Assembly: GCA_951813565.1 (NCBI GenBank)
Contig: OX638351.1
Span: forward strand, 3,136,001 to 3,200,000
From: an uncultured Poribacteria bacterium
Lineage (GTDB): Bacteria > Poribacteria > WGA-4E > WGA-3G
Direction: 5' to 3'
Length of the DNA stretch: 64,000 bases
Shown piece after piece: positions 30,082 to 40,627 of this stretch. Each line of letters opens with the position of its first letter. The first letter of the stretch is position 1. The translations under genes and the position numbers were made by a program. The notes below the pieces were generated by a model, which worked only from the letters and a program-made list of their open reading frames with translations, was not told the origin of the DNA and did no database searches.

Positions 30082-30235
30082 ATTAAAAAAGTTGACCTGG
30101 AAAATAAATAGCTATAGAATAATTGACCATACTTCAACACACAATAGCATAAACGCAACGTTAAAATGATTTATATTTTGCCCACGTCTTTCTACCCAGA
30201 TAGATGTTTAGAATGTAACAAAGGAAAACACACCG

Positions 30236-31282
30236 ATGAAAAACAGATTGTTTTCAATTTTGATAGTCCTATTTATAGCACTATCATTTACACTTAACAA
30301 TCTCGCCCAAGACATGCAGGACGATCCACAGCAAGGGGATTTGCCCGACGGTGCCGAAACGCACATCAAGAAAAACAGGATACGAATGATAGCGTATTCG
30401 CCAGATGGCACACGAATCGCGGTTGCAAGTAGCAACGGTATTTGGCTTTACGATGCACAGACAGGTCATGAACTTGTCCAATTCCCAGGGCATAAAGGTA
30501 AGGTCTGGAACATAGCGTTTAGTCCGGATGGAAAAACTATCGTAAGTGCCGGTCAAGATATGACCATTCGTATATGGGATGTGAACACGGGAAGAAACCT
30601 ACGAACATTCAGATACAAGGTTTGGGATATAGCATTCAGTCCGGATGGAAAGACTATCATAAGTGGAGACTGGAACAAAAATCTTTATCTGTTGGATACG
30701 GACACAGGTAAACGCCTACGCACACTATCTGGACATACGGAGGGGATTTGGGATGTAGCGTTTAGTCCGGATGGAAAGACTATCACAAGTGTTGGTCGGG
30801 ACAATACCCTCCGTCTATGGAATGTGAACACAGGACAACTCCTCCGAACAATCACAGGGGATATAAATTCTCCCAGAAACGTAGCGTTTAGTCCGGATGG
30901 AAAAACTATCGCAAGTGTTGGTCGGGACAATACCCTCCGTCTATGGAATGTGAACACAGGACAACTCCTCCGAACAATCACAGGAAATGCGTCTATTCTC
31001 AAAAGTTTGGCATTTAGTCCGGATGGAAAAACTATCGCAGCTCCCCGTGCGGGCGATATCAACTTGTGGGATGTGAACACGGGACAACTCCTCCGAACAA
31101 TCACAGGGTATTGGGAGAACGTTCAACTGCGTCGGACCCGAGGGCGTATTTTAGGACAACCTGGAATCTTTATAGTGGTGTTCAGTCCGGATGGAAAGAC
31201 TATCGCGGGTGCCAATGCACATGAAGTTCATCTGTGGGATGTGAACGCGGGGTACCTCCGAAAACTCATTAGTGGTTTTTGA
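30236..31282 (+). CDS. Secreted WD40 beta-propeller protein
   Basis: Repeated AFSPDGKTI...LWDVNTG units; signal peptide. Confidence 0.92.
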   Translation: MKNRLFSILIVLFIALSFTLNNLAQDMQDDPQQGDLPDGAETHIKKNRIRMIAYSPDGTRIAVASSNGIWLYDAQTGHELVQFPGHKGKVWNIAFSPDGKTIVSAGQDMTIRIWDVNTGRNLRTFRYKVWDIAFSPDGKTIISGDWNKNLYLLDTDTGKRLRTLSGHTEGIWDVAFSPDGKTITSVGRDNTLRLWNVNTGQLLRTITGDINSPRNVAFSPDGKTIASVGRDNTLRLWNVNTGQLLRTITGNASILKSLAFSPDGKTIAAPRAGDINLWDVNTGQLLRTITGYWENVQLRRTRGRILGQPGIFIVVFSPDGKTIAGANAHEVHLWDVNAGYLRKLISGF

Positions 31283-31414
31283 TACTACCATTCTACGGTA
31301 TGTTGAAAGTGTTAATTTTCTGTTAGCAGAAGTATACCTTAAATATATAAGGGAAGCTCTTATAACTCATAGTATAATAGTATCTGTTTGCAAGCATTCC
31401 ATAAGGAGAAAATC

Positions 31415-32080
31415 ATGAAATTTGTCAACCCCTGCCTGTCTACAGTTTTTGTTCTTATAACATTCATGCAATTCGGATGTTTATCTGGTGGTGTAGTGGG
31501 TAGTGCAAAGAAATTAGTTGAAGCAAAGGATTACCATGGTGCAATAGAAGTTTATCAAAGCATAGTTGATAATAAACCTGGGACTACTGACGCGCGCGCT
31601 GCACAACTCGCTATCGGTGAACTTTACATTGAGCATATACATCAGCCCGAACAAGGGATAAAAACTTATGAAGCAATTATTGCTGAAGCACCCGCAAGCG
31701 ATGAAGCTGCAGAGGCACACTACCGTCTCGGGATGCACGCCTATCGCCATAAAGATTATGACACAGCGCAAACTCAATTTGGTACTATCGTCAATCAATT
31801 TCCGCATCTGGAATTGAGCTACAATGCACAACTGATGTTGGCAAAAAGTTATGAGGGAAGGCAAAATTTTGAACAAGCTGTCCAAGTTTATGGTAATTTT
31901 GCGAACCGCAACCCACAAAGTGGACGCGCGCCACAAGCCCTCGCTAATAAAGCGCGAATACAACGCAAAATCCTAAAAAATGATGATGAAGCGATACGTA
32001 CCCTGCAATTATTGGTCAGAAAATACGGCAAAATTGAGAGTGCAGAATCTTATGTTAAAGAAGCTAAAAAAGTATTATAG
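31415..32080 (+). pseudogene. TPR (lipo)protein, 5' part of an IS630-interrupted gene
   Basis: BamD/CpoB-like TPRs; the stop codon TAG is supplied by the IS end. Confidence 0.75.
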
Positions 32081-32985
32081 TAAATCCCGTAATTACTTAT
32101 ACACTTTTATAATATCATCAATAGAGGTCTCAGCGTTGTATTGACGTATCCGCTTGATGTTGGCGAAATCCTTCTCAATCGGGTTCAACTCCGGTGAATA
32201 CGGCGGTAAAAACAACAAACTCGCACCGCAATCCCGGATCAATGCCGCCGTCTGTGAACCTTTGTGGAAAGACGCATTATCCATAATCACAACATGGCTA
32301 TCGTCAAGCAATGGACACAACATTTCCGAAAGCCAACTGTTGAAGGCGACCGCGTCGCAACTGCCCTCGAAAAGCACAGGTGCTGTGAAACATCCATCAA
32401 GCCTTGCAGCAATCAGCGTCGTGGTGGTATACCGATGGCTTGGCACTTTATCTTCAACACGGACACCTTTCGGGGCATAAGCATACCGACGGAAAGTGGT
32501 TTCAGTGAAACCACTTTCGTCAAGATAAACCGGTGTTTTGCCATGCGCCTGTGTCTCTTGTTGAAGTGCCGAAAGATACTCTTGGCGTTTTATCGGACAC
32601 TGTTCTTTGTAGGTCGTGGTCTTTTTTTTCGCGTGATATTGAGTTTTGAGAAGGCATAAAAGATGCCATTTGTTGAAACACCGAAGTGTTTAGCACGTTC
32701 GGCGAGTGTGGAATCTGGGAAATCGGCAACATGTTGCTGAAGTGCGTCATAATCAATATCTCGGGGCCCTTTGGGTCCCGGTTTTTCACAGGCGAAGGGG
32801 TCTTCTGCTTCCAACCAGTTATAGATCGTTCTTCTTGAGACACGAAAAGTGCGTTCTGCGGCGGCTTTACTGCCACCATTATTGATGAAATCAAGCACGC
32901 GTTTGCGTAAATCTGTTGAATATGCCATAATTATAAAGGCTAGCATAAATCCCAGAAAATGTAAACTTATTTTCAATATCTACTA
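32078..32985 (-). mobile_element. IS630-family insertion sequence
   Basis: Imperfect TIRs (tagtaaat / tagtagat), flanking TA duplication, two-ORF transposase. Confidence 0.9.
32093..32928 (-). CDS. IS630 transposase, orfA/orfB joined by a probable frameshift
   Basis: orfA MAYSTDLRKRV HTH; orfB MDNASFH...LPPYSPELNPIE; A8 run (minus strand) at ~32622-32629. Confidence 0.85.
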
Positions 32986-32987
32986 TA

Positions 32988-33470
32988 ATTGAATTCAATG
33001 TCTCTCCTTTTGGATTCGGTCCGTATCCTGAAGTTCCCACCAATTATCCGTTTCAGGAACGACTTTGGGATAATCCCACACCAGAGCATGAGTTGTTAAT
33101 CCGAGTTCAGATTAAGTTATGGAAACAAGGCACAAAGACTAAAGGGGCAGGGTTTGATCGTAGTAATGGTCTCATTTATCCGACTATTCCTGGTGTCCTT
33201 TACGTGAAATGGCGTTACATTGAAGAAGGTGATCCAAATTTAGTAGGGCGAAGATATGCCGGTAGAGTAAAAGGTGACGGAGAGACTGCTGAAAAGTGGC
33301 GATCTTTATACCTTGGTGAACGTATGTTTGAACGCACAGACGTAGCACCTGATGAAATTGAGAAAGCATCAGGCATAAAAGTTTATGTGTATCCAGATGG
33401 CATAAAAGTTTATGAGTATCCAGATGGAGGTATAGACCCTTACAAATTCCTTGGTTTACCGAGGGACTGA
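32988..33470 (+). pseudogene. 3' part of the IS630-interrupted gene (SPFGFG.YPEVP domain)
   Basis: The frame is open up to the IS boundary; paralog of the 28355 C-terminal domain. Confidence 0.75.
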
Positions 33471-33492
33471 AAGTGAACGGCTCTGAATTAAA

Positions 33493-35976
33493 CTAAATTC
33501 CATTAGGCATAACGGTATACACAAACCAGCACCGTCTCCCATCAGTTTTCAAAGTAATTGCACCGAGTTGATCCGTTCGCAACTGCACACAATTCCTCTC
33601 TTGATACCGCGTAACCACATCCGCATGCGGAAATTGAAACCGATTCCTTTGACCGAGCGAAAAGACAGCATAACGCGGCTGAACAGCATCTAAAAACTGC
33701 GCACTGCTTGACGTTCTGCTGCCGTGATGCGGCACCTTTATAATTTCTGCCCTCAAATCCTGCCGAGACGCGATTAAACGAGTTTCAGCCTTGGACTCAA
33801 TATCGCCAGTGAATAAGATGTCTACTTCTCCATAACTGAGTTTCATCACAAGCGAATCATCGTTTTTGTCTTCATCTATAAGATTGGTGGATGCTTCATC
33901 AATCGGGTGCAACAGATTAAGTGCAGCAGTAGGCGTCAATTCAATTGCACCTGCATACAGAAAAGAATAAGGAATACCTTGTGCTTTGGCAATACCGCGT
34001 AATCGTTGATGGGTTTGTGAATCAAGTTGCATGTCTGGTATACCGAGGATCCGCTTCACCTTAAAGTTTTGAAGAATGTATGCAAGTCCGCCGCCGTGGT
34101 CAATGTCCGGGTGCGTAAGCATCACCAAATCAAGTTTCCGAATACCATGTGCATCAAGATAAGGTTCAATAATTCGCTCACCTACGTCATACTCAACCTC
34201 TCTCTGACGCTTTTCATCATAATATGAACGTTGGATGCCGCCATCAATTAACATTGTTCGTCTATCAGGAAATCTGACAATAGATGCATCTCCTTGTCCG
34301 ACATCAAGCGTAATCACTTCTAATAAACGCCCTTTTTCATGGCATGCGCTGTCCCAAACCCAAAATGCCACAACCGATAACCCAATTAGGCTCGCAACTC
34401 TCCATTGCTTATAAACATATCGCCAATGGGTAATGCCTATACATACTGCTATGTAGACAACGATAAGACCTAACGTTGGCGGTGCTAACTTCATTACACC
34501 CCATTCCTGTCCAAAAATTCCGATGAATTTTAGAAATGTAAAGATGATAACATGATTAACCAGTGCCAGCAGCTTAGCAAGTGGTAGCCAGACAAATCCC
34601 AAACAGACTGAAACAATACCCGCTCCAACAATTAGCGTTACCAGAAGAATAGCAAACGGTCCAACGATTATACCGAGTGGGTATGCCCTATAAAAGTGAA
34701 AAGCGATAAGCGGTCCAGTGCCAAGTTGTGCAGCGAATGTCACAAGATAGGATAACACCAACCATTTCACTGCTGTGTTCTTAATTTTTTGAAGGCGACT
34801 AACATCACCAGATTCAGAAGACGCCCACAACTTCCGAATAGGTTTCTCCATTTTTGGAACAAAATAGACAATGGAGGCAACGGCAACAAACGAGAGTTGA
34901 AAGCCAACATCCCACAACTGCATTGGGTTTAAAAGGAGTAATACCAACGCAGCAAATGCAAGTAAATTATAAATGTCTGCCTCACGATCAATTATCGTGG
35001 CAAAAAGATATAGGGTTGCCATAAGTGAAGCACGGAAAACAGATGGGCGAAAACCGACCAAGCACGCGTAAATAAGCACTGCTAAAATCGTCAAAAAAGA
35101 AAGCACCTTCTTGGGAATTCGAAATGCGGATAACCCGACGTAGCAAAACATCGCAACAAGTCCAACATGTAGACCTGACACTGCCAACACATGAAAAGTG
35201 CCACTGTTACGAAAGATGTCTAAAGTTTCTGGTGGCACTTCGCTCCGTTTTCCGAGAAGTATCGCTTTGAGCAATTGCGCATGCAACGCGTCTGTTGGAG
35301 GGGTTTCTAACCCTGATGTATTTGTAGGAAAGGTATATAACCTACCATAGATATCATCAATAATCCGTTCCGTCCGCAGGCGAAGTGCTTCTATCCAACG
35401 CAGTGGTGGAAACCCAGATTGCTCACCAATGCGAAGCAATCCTTGATGATAGATTATACCAGAAACACCTTGCCGCGCAAGATAGGCACGATAGTCAAAA
35501 CCACCAGGATTTCTTTGTGTATTGGGTTGACGCAGCACGCCCGTCAGTGTTCCCTTTTTACCGTAACGTAGTGGGATACGTTCTTGAAACCTAATCAAAA
35601 ACTTTGCAGACGCTGCCTGATCGGGATCTGATAAGAGTTGAATCTGTCCGACAGCATAACCGGCTTCCCACTTTTCGCCGCGCTCCGGTTGGTAGACTGT
35701 TTTGCCTGTGAAACTAATCGGTTGGTTATAAAAATGGGTGGGTATTGATGGGACGGTGGCAATTTCCAATCTCAACATCCCACATGCAAAGACTGCAATA
35801 TGCAGTAACACGTAACAGACATATTTTGACCGAGTTTTTATTAGGAGGCTGCAGATAAGGCATATCAACACAGATAACCATAGCCAAAGAATTGGGATTG
35901 ATGTGTATTCACTTATGAAGATGCCGCTCAGAAACGGGATGAGGGAATAGAGCGCGGGTCGTGGTTTGAGTGCCAT
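33493..35976 (-). CDS. comEC: DNA uptake protein ComEC/Rec2
   Basis: NPGGFDY, HVLAVSGLHVG, GFQLSF, DVGQGD, THPDIDHGGG, KVPHHGS. Confidence 0.95.
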   Translation of the reverse strand: MALKPRPALYSLIPFLSGIFISEYTSIPILWLWLSVLICLICSLLIKTRSKYVCYVLLHIAVFACGMLRLEIATVPSIPTHFYNQPISFTGKTVYQPERGEKWEAGYAVGQIQLLSDPDQAASAKFLIRFQERIPLRYGKKGTLTGVLRQPNTQRNPGGFDYRAYLARQGVSGIIYHQGLLRIGEQSGFPPLRWIEALRLRTERIIDDIYGRLYTFPTNTSGLETPPTDALHAQLLKAILLGKRSEVPPETLDIFRNSGTFHVLAVSGLHVGLVAMFCYVGLSAFRIPKKVLSFLTILAVLIYACLVGFRPSVFRASLMATLYLFATIIDREADIYNLLAFAALVLLLLNPMQLWDVGFQLSFVAVASIVYFVPKMEKPIRKLWASSESGDVSRLQKIKNTAVKWLVLSYLVTFAAQLGTGPLIAFHFYRAYPLGIIVGPFAILLVTLIVGAGIVSVCLGFVWLPLAKLLALVNHVIIFTFLKFIGIFGQEWGVMKLAPPTLGLIVVYIAVCIGITHWRYVYKQWRVASLIGLSVVAFWVWDSACHEKGRLLEVITLDVGQGDASIVRFPDRRTMLIDGGIQRSYYDEKRQREVEYDVGERIIEPYLDAHGIRKLDLVMLTHPDIDHGGGLAYILQNFKVKRILGIPDMQLDSQTHQRLRGIAKAQGIPYSFLYAGAIELTPTAALNLLHPIDEASTNLIDEDKNDDSLVMKLSYGEVDILFTGDIESKAETRLIASRQDLRAEIIKVPHHGSRTSSSAQFLDAVQPRYAVFSLGQRNRFQFPHADVVTRYQERNCVQLRTDQLGAITLKTDGRRCWFVYTVMPNGI

Positions 35977-36064
35977 TTTGTTGTATAAAATTTGCGGTGG
36001 GTATTTGCCCCATTATATTGAATGCTATGAAAATTATCAAGGTTATGTTTAGGGTCATGGACTC

Positions 36065-36187
36065 CCAGAGGCATTCAATTTTGCAATAATTTCTTCTTTT
36101 CTCTAAAACCTCTTCCTGTAGGAGCGAACTCCAGCTCGCGACCATGTCCAAAATGTTAAGAAAATCACGAGAACTGAATGGCTCTGG
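36065..36187. mobile_element. MITE, CCAGAG family carrying a REP
   Basis: ccagaggcattcaatt ... aactgaatggctctgg, the same TIR as 15079-15659. Internal gtaggagcgaactccagctcgcga. Confidence 0.75.
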
Positions 36188-36203
36188 AACTCCCGAAACC
36201 TGC

Positions 36204-36232
36204 TTGACATTTGCTGCTATTTCTGATATTAT
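36204..36232 (+). promoter_or_regulatory. Putative sigma70 promoter
   Basis: TTGACA-17-TATTAT with TG extension. Confidence 0.55.
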
Positions 36233-36271
36233 ATCAATATACTTATCAAGAATATAGATGGAAAGGAAACC

Positions 36272-38203
36272 ATGCAGAACGCTTACTCTCTCTTTTCATT
36301 AACAAGTCTTGTCCTGATATTCTTACTATTTACAAGCATTGCGTCCGGCCAGCAGTATGTCATCGTCGAGATGGAAAACGGCGACAGACTCACCGGCACA
36401 TGGCGCGGTGCTACCGATACACACTTTGAAATTGAATATAACGGACAGGTTATAAGACTTCCATTACAAGGACATACGTTAACATTTGTCTCAAAACTGG
36501 AAAATGTCCCAGACAGAACCGCAGCAAAACATTTTCGTAATGGACGCGACCTGTTAGATTTAAATTTTCCTGAATTAGCAAAGCGAAAATTTGAAAAGGC
36601 ATTAGAAGAATTTCCCAAGTTTGCAGATGCACATTACCAACTCGGATTACTTTATAAAACAGACGGTGACTTTGCAAAAGCATTGGAACGGTTTCGTTCT
36701 GTCGCCCTGATAGATGCACAGAAATTTGACCTTGTGCCGCAACTACAAGAGATTGGGGATAATGCGATTGCTACGATTGATGATAATGTGGTTGCTATGG
36801 AAAAGTATGCACAAGCAGTTGATGCCTTCCAATTAATACTTAAGCATTACCCCGAACATGAATCGGTCCCAACACTTACCTACCGCGTCGGATTTCTGTT
36901 GATGAAACAATTGAAGGACACTATGGCAGGGCTTGAATTGTTGCAGACAGCAGTCAAAGATTTTTCTAATGTCCCTGAACATGAGGAGGCTGTTTACCAG
37001 ATAGGGGTTTTGCAAGCTGAAACAGGTGAACCTGAAAAAGCTTTAAATACTTTGAAACAATTCAGTAGGATCTACCCAGAAAGCGATTGGGTGGATGATG
37101 CTCACTTAAAACGAGCAATAATCTATTTACAAGTCGGTGACAGAGAAAACGCTGTTAACTTAGCGAACCTCGTACGGCAAAATACCGATGATCCCAACAT
37201 TTTTGAACAAGCAAACGACGTATTACAAGCAAGTGCTTGGGACATCTACACAGACAAATTACCTGATCCTAATATCCAGACCATTGCAGTTGATGGAACA
37301 TCGCTCTGGATAGGTACACCAAAAGGGATAGCCCAGATCGAAACTGACGGCAATGGCGGATGGAAAGCGATTGAAGGTGCCGCATGGCGAATTAACGAAC
37401 ATGCTTCCACAGCACCTGATGTCCGCGCAATTGTAGTAAACGAATCTGAAGTATGGGTTGGCACCCGAAATCAAGGCATCATACACTTTAATAAAGAAAA
37501 GAACGAAGTAACAAATTACACAATTGCCAACGGTTTGCCAAGCATGTGGATCCGAGACATCAAGATGGATAACGAGGAAATTTGGTTGGCAACAGATGTT
37601 GGTGCGATGCGCCAAAATCTTAAAACCGGAATACAGAACCATTATAATAAAGAAAACAGCGATATCCCTAACGATATTCACTCTATAGCCCTAACACCTG
37701 ATACTGTATGGATAGGCACATCAGGCGATAACATCGCTATTTTTGATCGGGAATCAGGAGTCTGGAACTCTCAGCGTTTTACAAAAATAGAACCAGAAAC
37801 ACAGATTGTAAGGTTTGATGTTGTTGAAAACAAAATACTATTTTCTTGGTATAATGAAAGTGAAGAAAACCAGGGGAACGGCTTTTTTAAGGCAAACTGG
37901 GATGGTACGGATGGAGATTCTTATCCCGTGAGAGCCGATTTAGAGGAAAAGGAAGAGTTAGATGACATCTACGTTACTGGAGTTGCTGGCAAAGAATACG
38001 TATGGGTTGCTGTGAATGACTATATTGCAATCTATTATCCCGATATTGGTGAATATGATGACAACACTATTGATTATCCCAAAATAGTGTTGGATGATTT
38101 ATCTATTCAGTGCATTGCAATTAACAATGATCGCGCTTGGATAGGCACTAACAAAGGCATGCTTATGATAGATAAACAGAAATTCAGTCAGACGACAGAA
38201 TAG
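36272..38203 (+). CDS. Secreted TPR + beta-propeller (Reg_prop-like) protein
   Basis: Signal peptide, multiple TPRs, then LWIGT/VWVGT/IWLAT propeller repeats. Confidence 0.75.
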   Translation: MQNAYSLFSLTSLVLIFLLFTSIASGQQYVIVEMENGDRLTGTWRGATDTHFEIEYNGQVIRLPLQGHTLTFVSKLENVPDRTAAKHFRNGRDLLDLNFPELAKRKFEKALEEFPKFADAHYQLGLLYKTDGDFAKALERFRSVALIDAQKFDLVPQLQEIGDNAIATIDDNVVAMEKYAQAVDAFQLILKHYPEHESVPTLTYRVGFLLMKQLKDTMAGLELLQTAVKDFSNVPEHEEAVYQIGVLQAETGEPEKALNTLKQFSRIYPESDWVDDAHLKRAIIYLQVGDRENAVNLANLVRQNTDDPNIFEQANDVLQASAWDIYTDKLPDPNIQTIAVDGTSLWIGTPKGIAQIETDGNGGWKAIEGAAWRINEHASTAPDVRAIVVNESEVWVGTRNQGIIHFNKEKNEVTNYTIANGLPSMWIRDIKMDNEEIWLATDVGAMRQNLKTGIQNHYNKENSDIPNDIHSIALTPDTVWIGTSGDNIAIFDRESGVWNSQRFTKIEPETQIVRFDVVENKILFSWYNESEENQGNGFFKANWDGTDGDSYPVRADLEEKEELDDIYVTGVAGKEYVWVAVNDYIAIYYPDIGEYDDNTIDYPKIVLDDLSIQCIAINNDRAWIGTNKGMLMIDKQKFSQTTE

Positions 38204-38238
38204 GGTTTCGGACAACCTAACATTTCACGTACCTAACC

Positions 38239-39090
38239 ATGCAACAACAGACATGTACAAAGCAGGTCATCCGCTGGAATCAGTCAAAATCGACGTCTGT
38301 TGAAGACGAATTGGTCGTTGAAGAACCGCTTGAAATTCGGGTAGGACAGCAGAGTTTAATCGTTGTCATGCGGACACCAGGACATGATTTTGAACTCGCA
38401 GCGGGTTTCCTTTATACCGAAAGCCTCATAAAATCTGTAAACGATATTGAAATCATAGCATACTGCGATGATGATAACGCCACAGCAAAAGATAACGACC
38501 AGCATGCGCTCCTATCTGAGATGCAAAATATCGTCAACGTCCGATTAGTTAAAGACTTGAATCTTGAGGAGCAACAAGGATGGCAGCGAAATTTCCACGC
38601 AAATGCAAGCTGCGGTCTCTGCGGTAAGATGACAATTGAATCCGTAAAACACCAAGTTACACCATTAGATTTGACATTCCGCTTGAATCAAACAGTGTTT
38701 TACAAACTCAATGATCAACTGCGAGCCGCACAATCAGTCTTCGAAAAAACAGGCGGACTGCATGCAGCAGGGCTTTTTGATGAAAATGGTAAACTCCTCA
38801 TTGTCAGAGAGGATATAGGCAGACACAACGCAGTTGATAAAGTCATCGGACAAGCGTTACTATCAGATATGCTACCACTTGACAAACACGTTTTGATGGT
38901 AAGTGGACGCGCAAGTTTTGAAATCGTACAGAAAGCACTGTTTGCACGAATTCCTATCGTTGTTGCTGTTTCGGCTGCATCCACACTCGCTGTTGACTTG
39001 GCAGATGAAGGAAATCTCACGTTAATCGGTTTCATGCGGGGAAAGCGTATGGCAGTTTACAGCCACCCTAATCGGATACGCAGTGGATAG
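38239..39090 (+). CDS. fdhD: Formate dehydrogenase accessory sulfurtransferase
   Basis: EEPLEI, MRTPG, SCGLCG, TGGLHAA, EDIGRHNAVDK. Confidence 0.93.
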   Translation: MQQQTCTKQVIRWNQSKSTSVEDELVVEEPLEIRVGQQSLIVVMRTPGHDFELAAGFLYTESLIKSVNDIEIIAYCDDDNATAKDNDQHALLSEMQNIVNVRLVKDLNLEEQQGWQRNFHANASCGLCGKMTIESVKHQVTPLDLTFRLNQTVFYKLNDQLRAAQSVFEKTGGLHAAGLFDENGKLLIVREDIGRHNAVDKVIGQALLSDMLPLDKHVLMVSGRASFEIVQKALFARIPIVVAVSAASTLAVDLADEGNLTLIGFMRGKRMAVYSHPNRIRSG

Positions 39091-39184
39091 GGAAAATCGA
39101 AAAAAGATAGCAATAGGTTTTTCCTATCTTTTTCAAACGGAATGTCTCTATTGTGACAAGTAAAACTATAAGGAGTAAATTTTC

Positions 39185-39472
39185 ATGTATTCCATTTTGA
39201 GCGGCATCCAAGGACTGGTTAACCTACTGTTTTTTGTTGCTATTGTTGGCACTATAGGTGTTTCGTGGGTTTTCGCGGATCGGTTGCACAAACGCCATAA
39301 TGCTGATTTTCCGTGGGGTAAAGCTTTAGCAATAATCGGTATTGAAGTTCTTACCATGATAGCCTTTAACATCTTCTTTGAAATTTTCAAAGCAAATTGG
39401 TTGTGGATTTCCATTGTCGGGATTATTGTGATTTTCATCATTCTCTCGCGAAAAAAGCGAAAATATGTCTGA
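39185..39472 (+). CDS. Small membrane protein
   Basis: RBS aaggag; three hydrophobic segments and a basic tail. Confidence 0.65.
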   Translation: MYSILSGIQGLVNLLFFVAIVGTIGVSWVFADRLHKRHNADFPWGKALAIIGIEVLTMIAFNIFFEIFKANWLWISIVGIIVIFIILSRKKRKYV

Positions 39473-39538
39473 AGAAATAGTATGTGGGGTAAAGGTTGAT
39501 TCTACATCATTACCTCACATTTTTGAAAGGAGATAACT

Positions 39539-40591
39539 ATGCCTCGAACCGGTAGAGCCGTAGTTGCTTATGGTAAAGATTTTGAGGTCCGCGAATACCC
39601 CGTGCCTGACCCTGCTCCCAACACGCTGCTGCTCCGTCAAGAGTTAGCTGGTATCTGCGGCACTGACCTTCATAACTGGCAAAACGGCTTCAAAACAGAA
39701 ATTCTATTGGGACATGAAAATGTCGGTATCGTTGAAGCAATTGGCGAAGGCGTGAAAACCGATTATGTCGGCAAGTCAATCAAAGAGGGAGACAGGGTTA
39801 TATTCGCACCTGGCACCGACTACGGCGGGTACGGTTTTCAATGGAATCCTGATGAAGCACCACATTTCCGCGGTGGGTTTGCTGATTACATGTATCTCAC
39901 CTATCCCAATACTTGTTTTATGAAAACAGATGTTTCACCAGAGGTCGCTGTCCTTACAGAACCTTTTACTGTTGGTGTTCATGCAGTCATGCGAGGTGAT
40001 ATAAAATTCGGTGATACCGTCGTTGTCCAAGGCTCTGGAGCAATTGGTTTGGTAACACTTGCCTGCGCAAAATTGAGCGGTGCAGGAAAAATAATTATGG
40101 TCGGTGGTCCTGCCGGACGGTTGGAACTGGCAAAACGCCTCGGGGCTGATGTTACAATTGATATAGAAGAAGTCACCTCCGCTGAGGAGCGGACAGAACT
40201 CGTCCAAGCTGAAACACCTCGTAATGCTGGTGCTGATGTGGTCTTTGAATGTGCAGGTTTCCTTCCTGCGACACCAGAAGGATTAGGTTACACTCGCCGT
40301 AGCGGCACTTTCGTAGAAGTCGGTCACTTTGTTGATATGGGTTCAATTGATTTCAATATCAATCAGTTGCTCATGCGCAAAAATCTTCGCGTTGAAGCAA
40401 TCTGGGGGAGTCAATACGAGCATTTCGTCCGAGGACTTCCGCTCCTTGAAAAAAGTGATTTGCCTTTTGCTGATATGGTGAGTCATCAGTTACCACTTTC
40501 ACAGGTTGAAGATGGATTTAAGGCACTTGATGGCGGATATCGAATTAATGGCGAGACGGCAATTAAAATTGCTGTCCGCGCTGAGGAATAA
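39539..40591 (+). CDS. Zinc-binding alcohol dehydrogenase family protein
   Basis: GICGTD, GHE, GSGAIG. Confidence 0.88.
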   Translation: MPRTGRAVVAYGKDFEVREYPVPDPAPNTLLLRQELAGICGTDLHNWQNGFKTEILLGHENVGIVEAIGEGVKTDYVGKSIKEGDRVIFAPGTDYGGYGFQWNPDEAPHFRGGFADYMYLTYPNTCFMKTDVSPEVAVLTEPFTVGVHAVMRGDIKFGDTVVVQGSGAIGLVTLACAKLSGAGKIIMVGGPAGRLELAKRLGADVTIDIEEVTSAEERTELVQAETPRNAGADVVFECAGFLPATPEGLGYTRRSGTFVEVGHFVDMGSIDFNINQLLMRKNLRVEAIWGSQYEHFVRGLPLLEKSDLPFADMVSHQLPLSQVEDGFKALDGGYRINGETAIKIAVRAEE

Positions 40592-40627
40592 GTAAAAACA
40601 AATAATTGAACATAGGAGATATAATTT

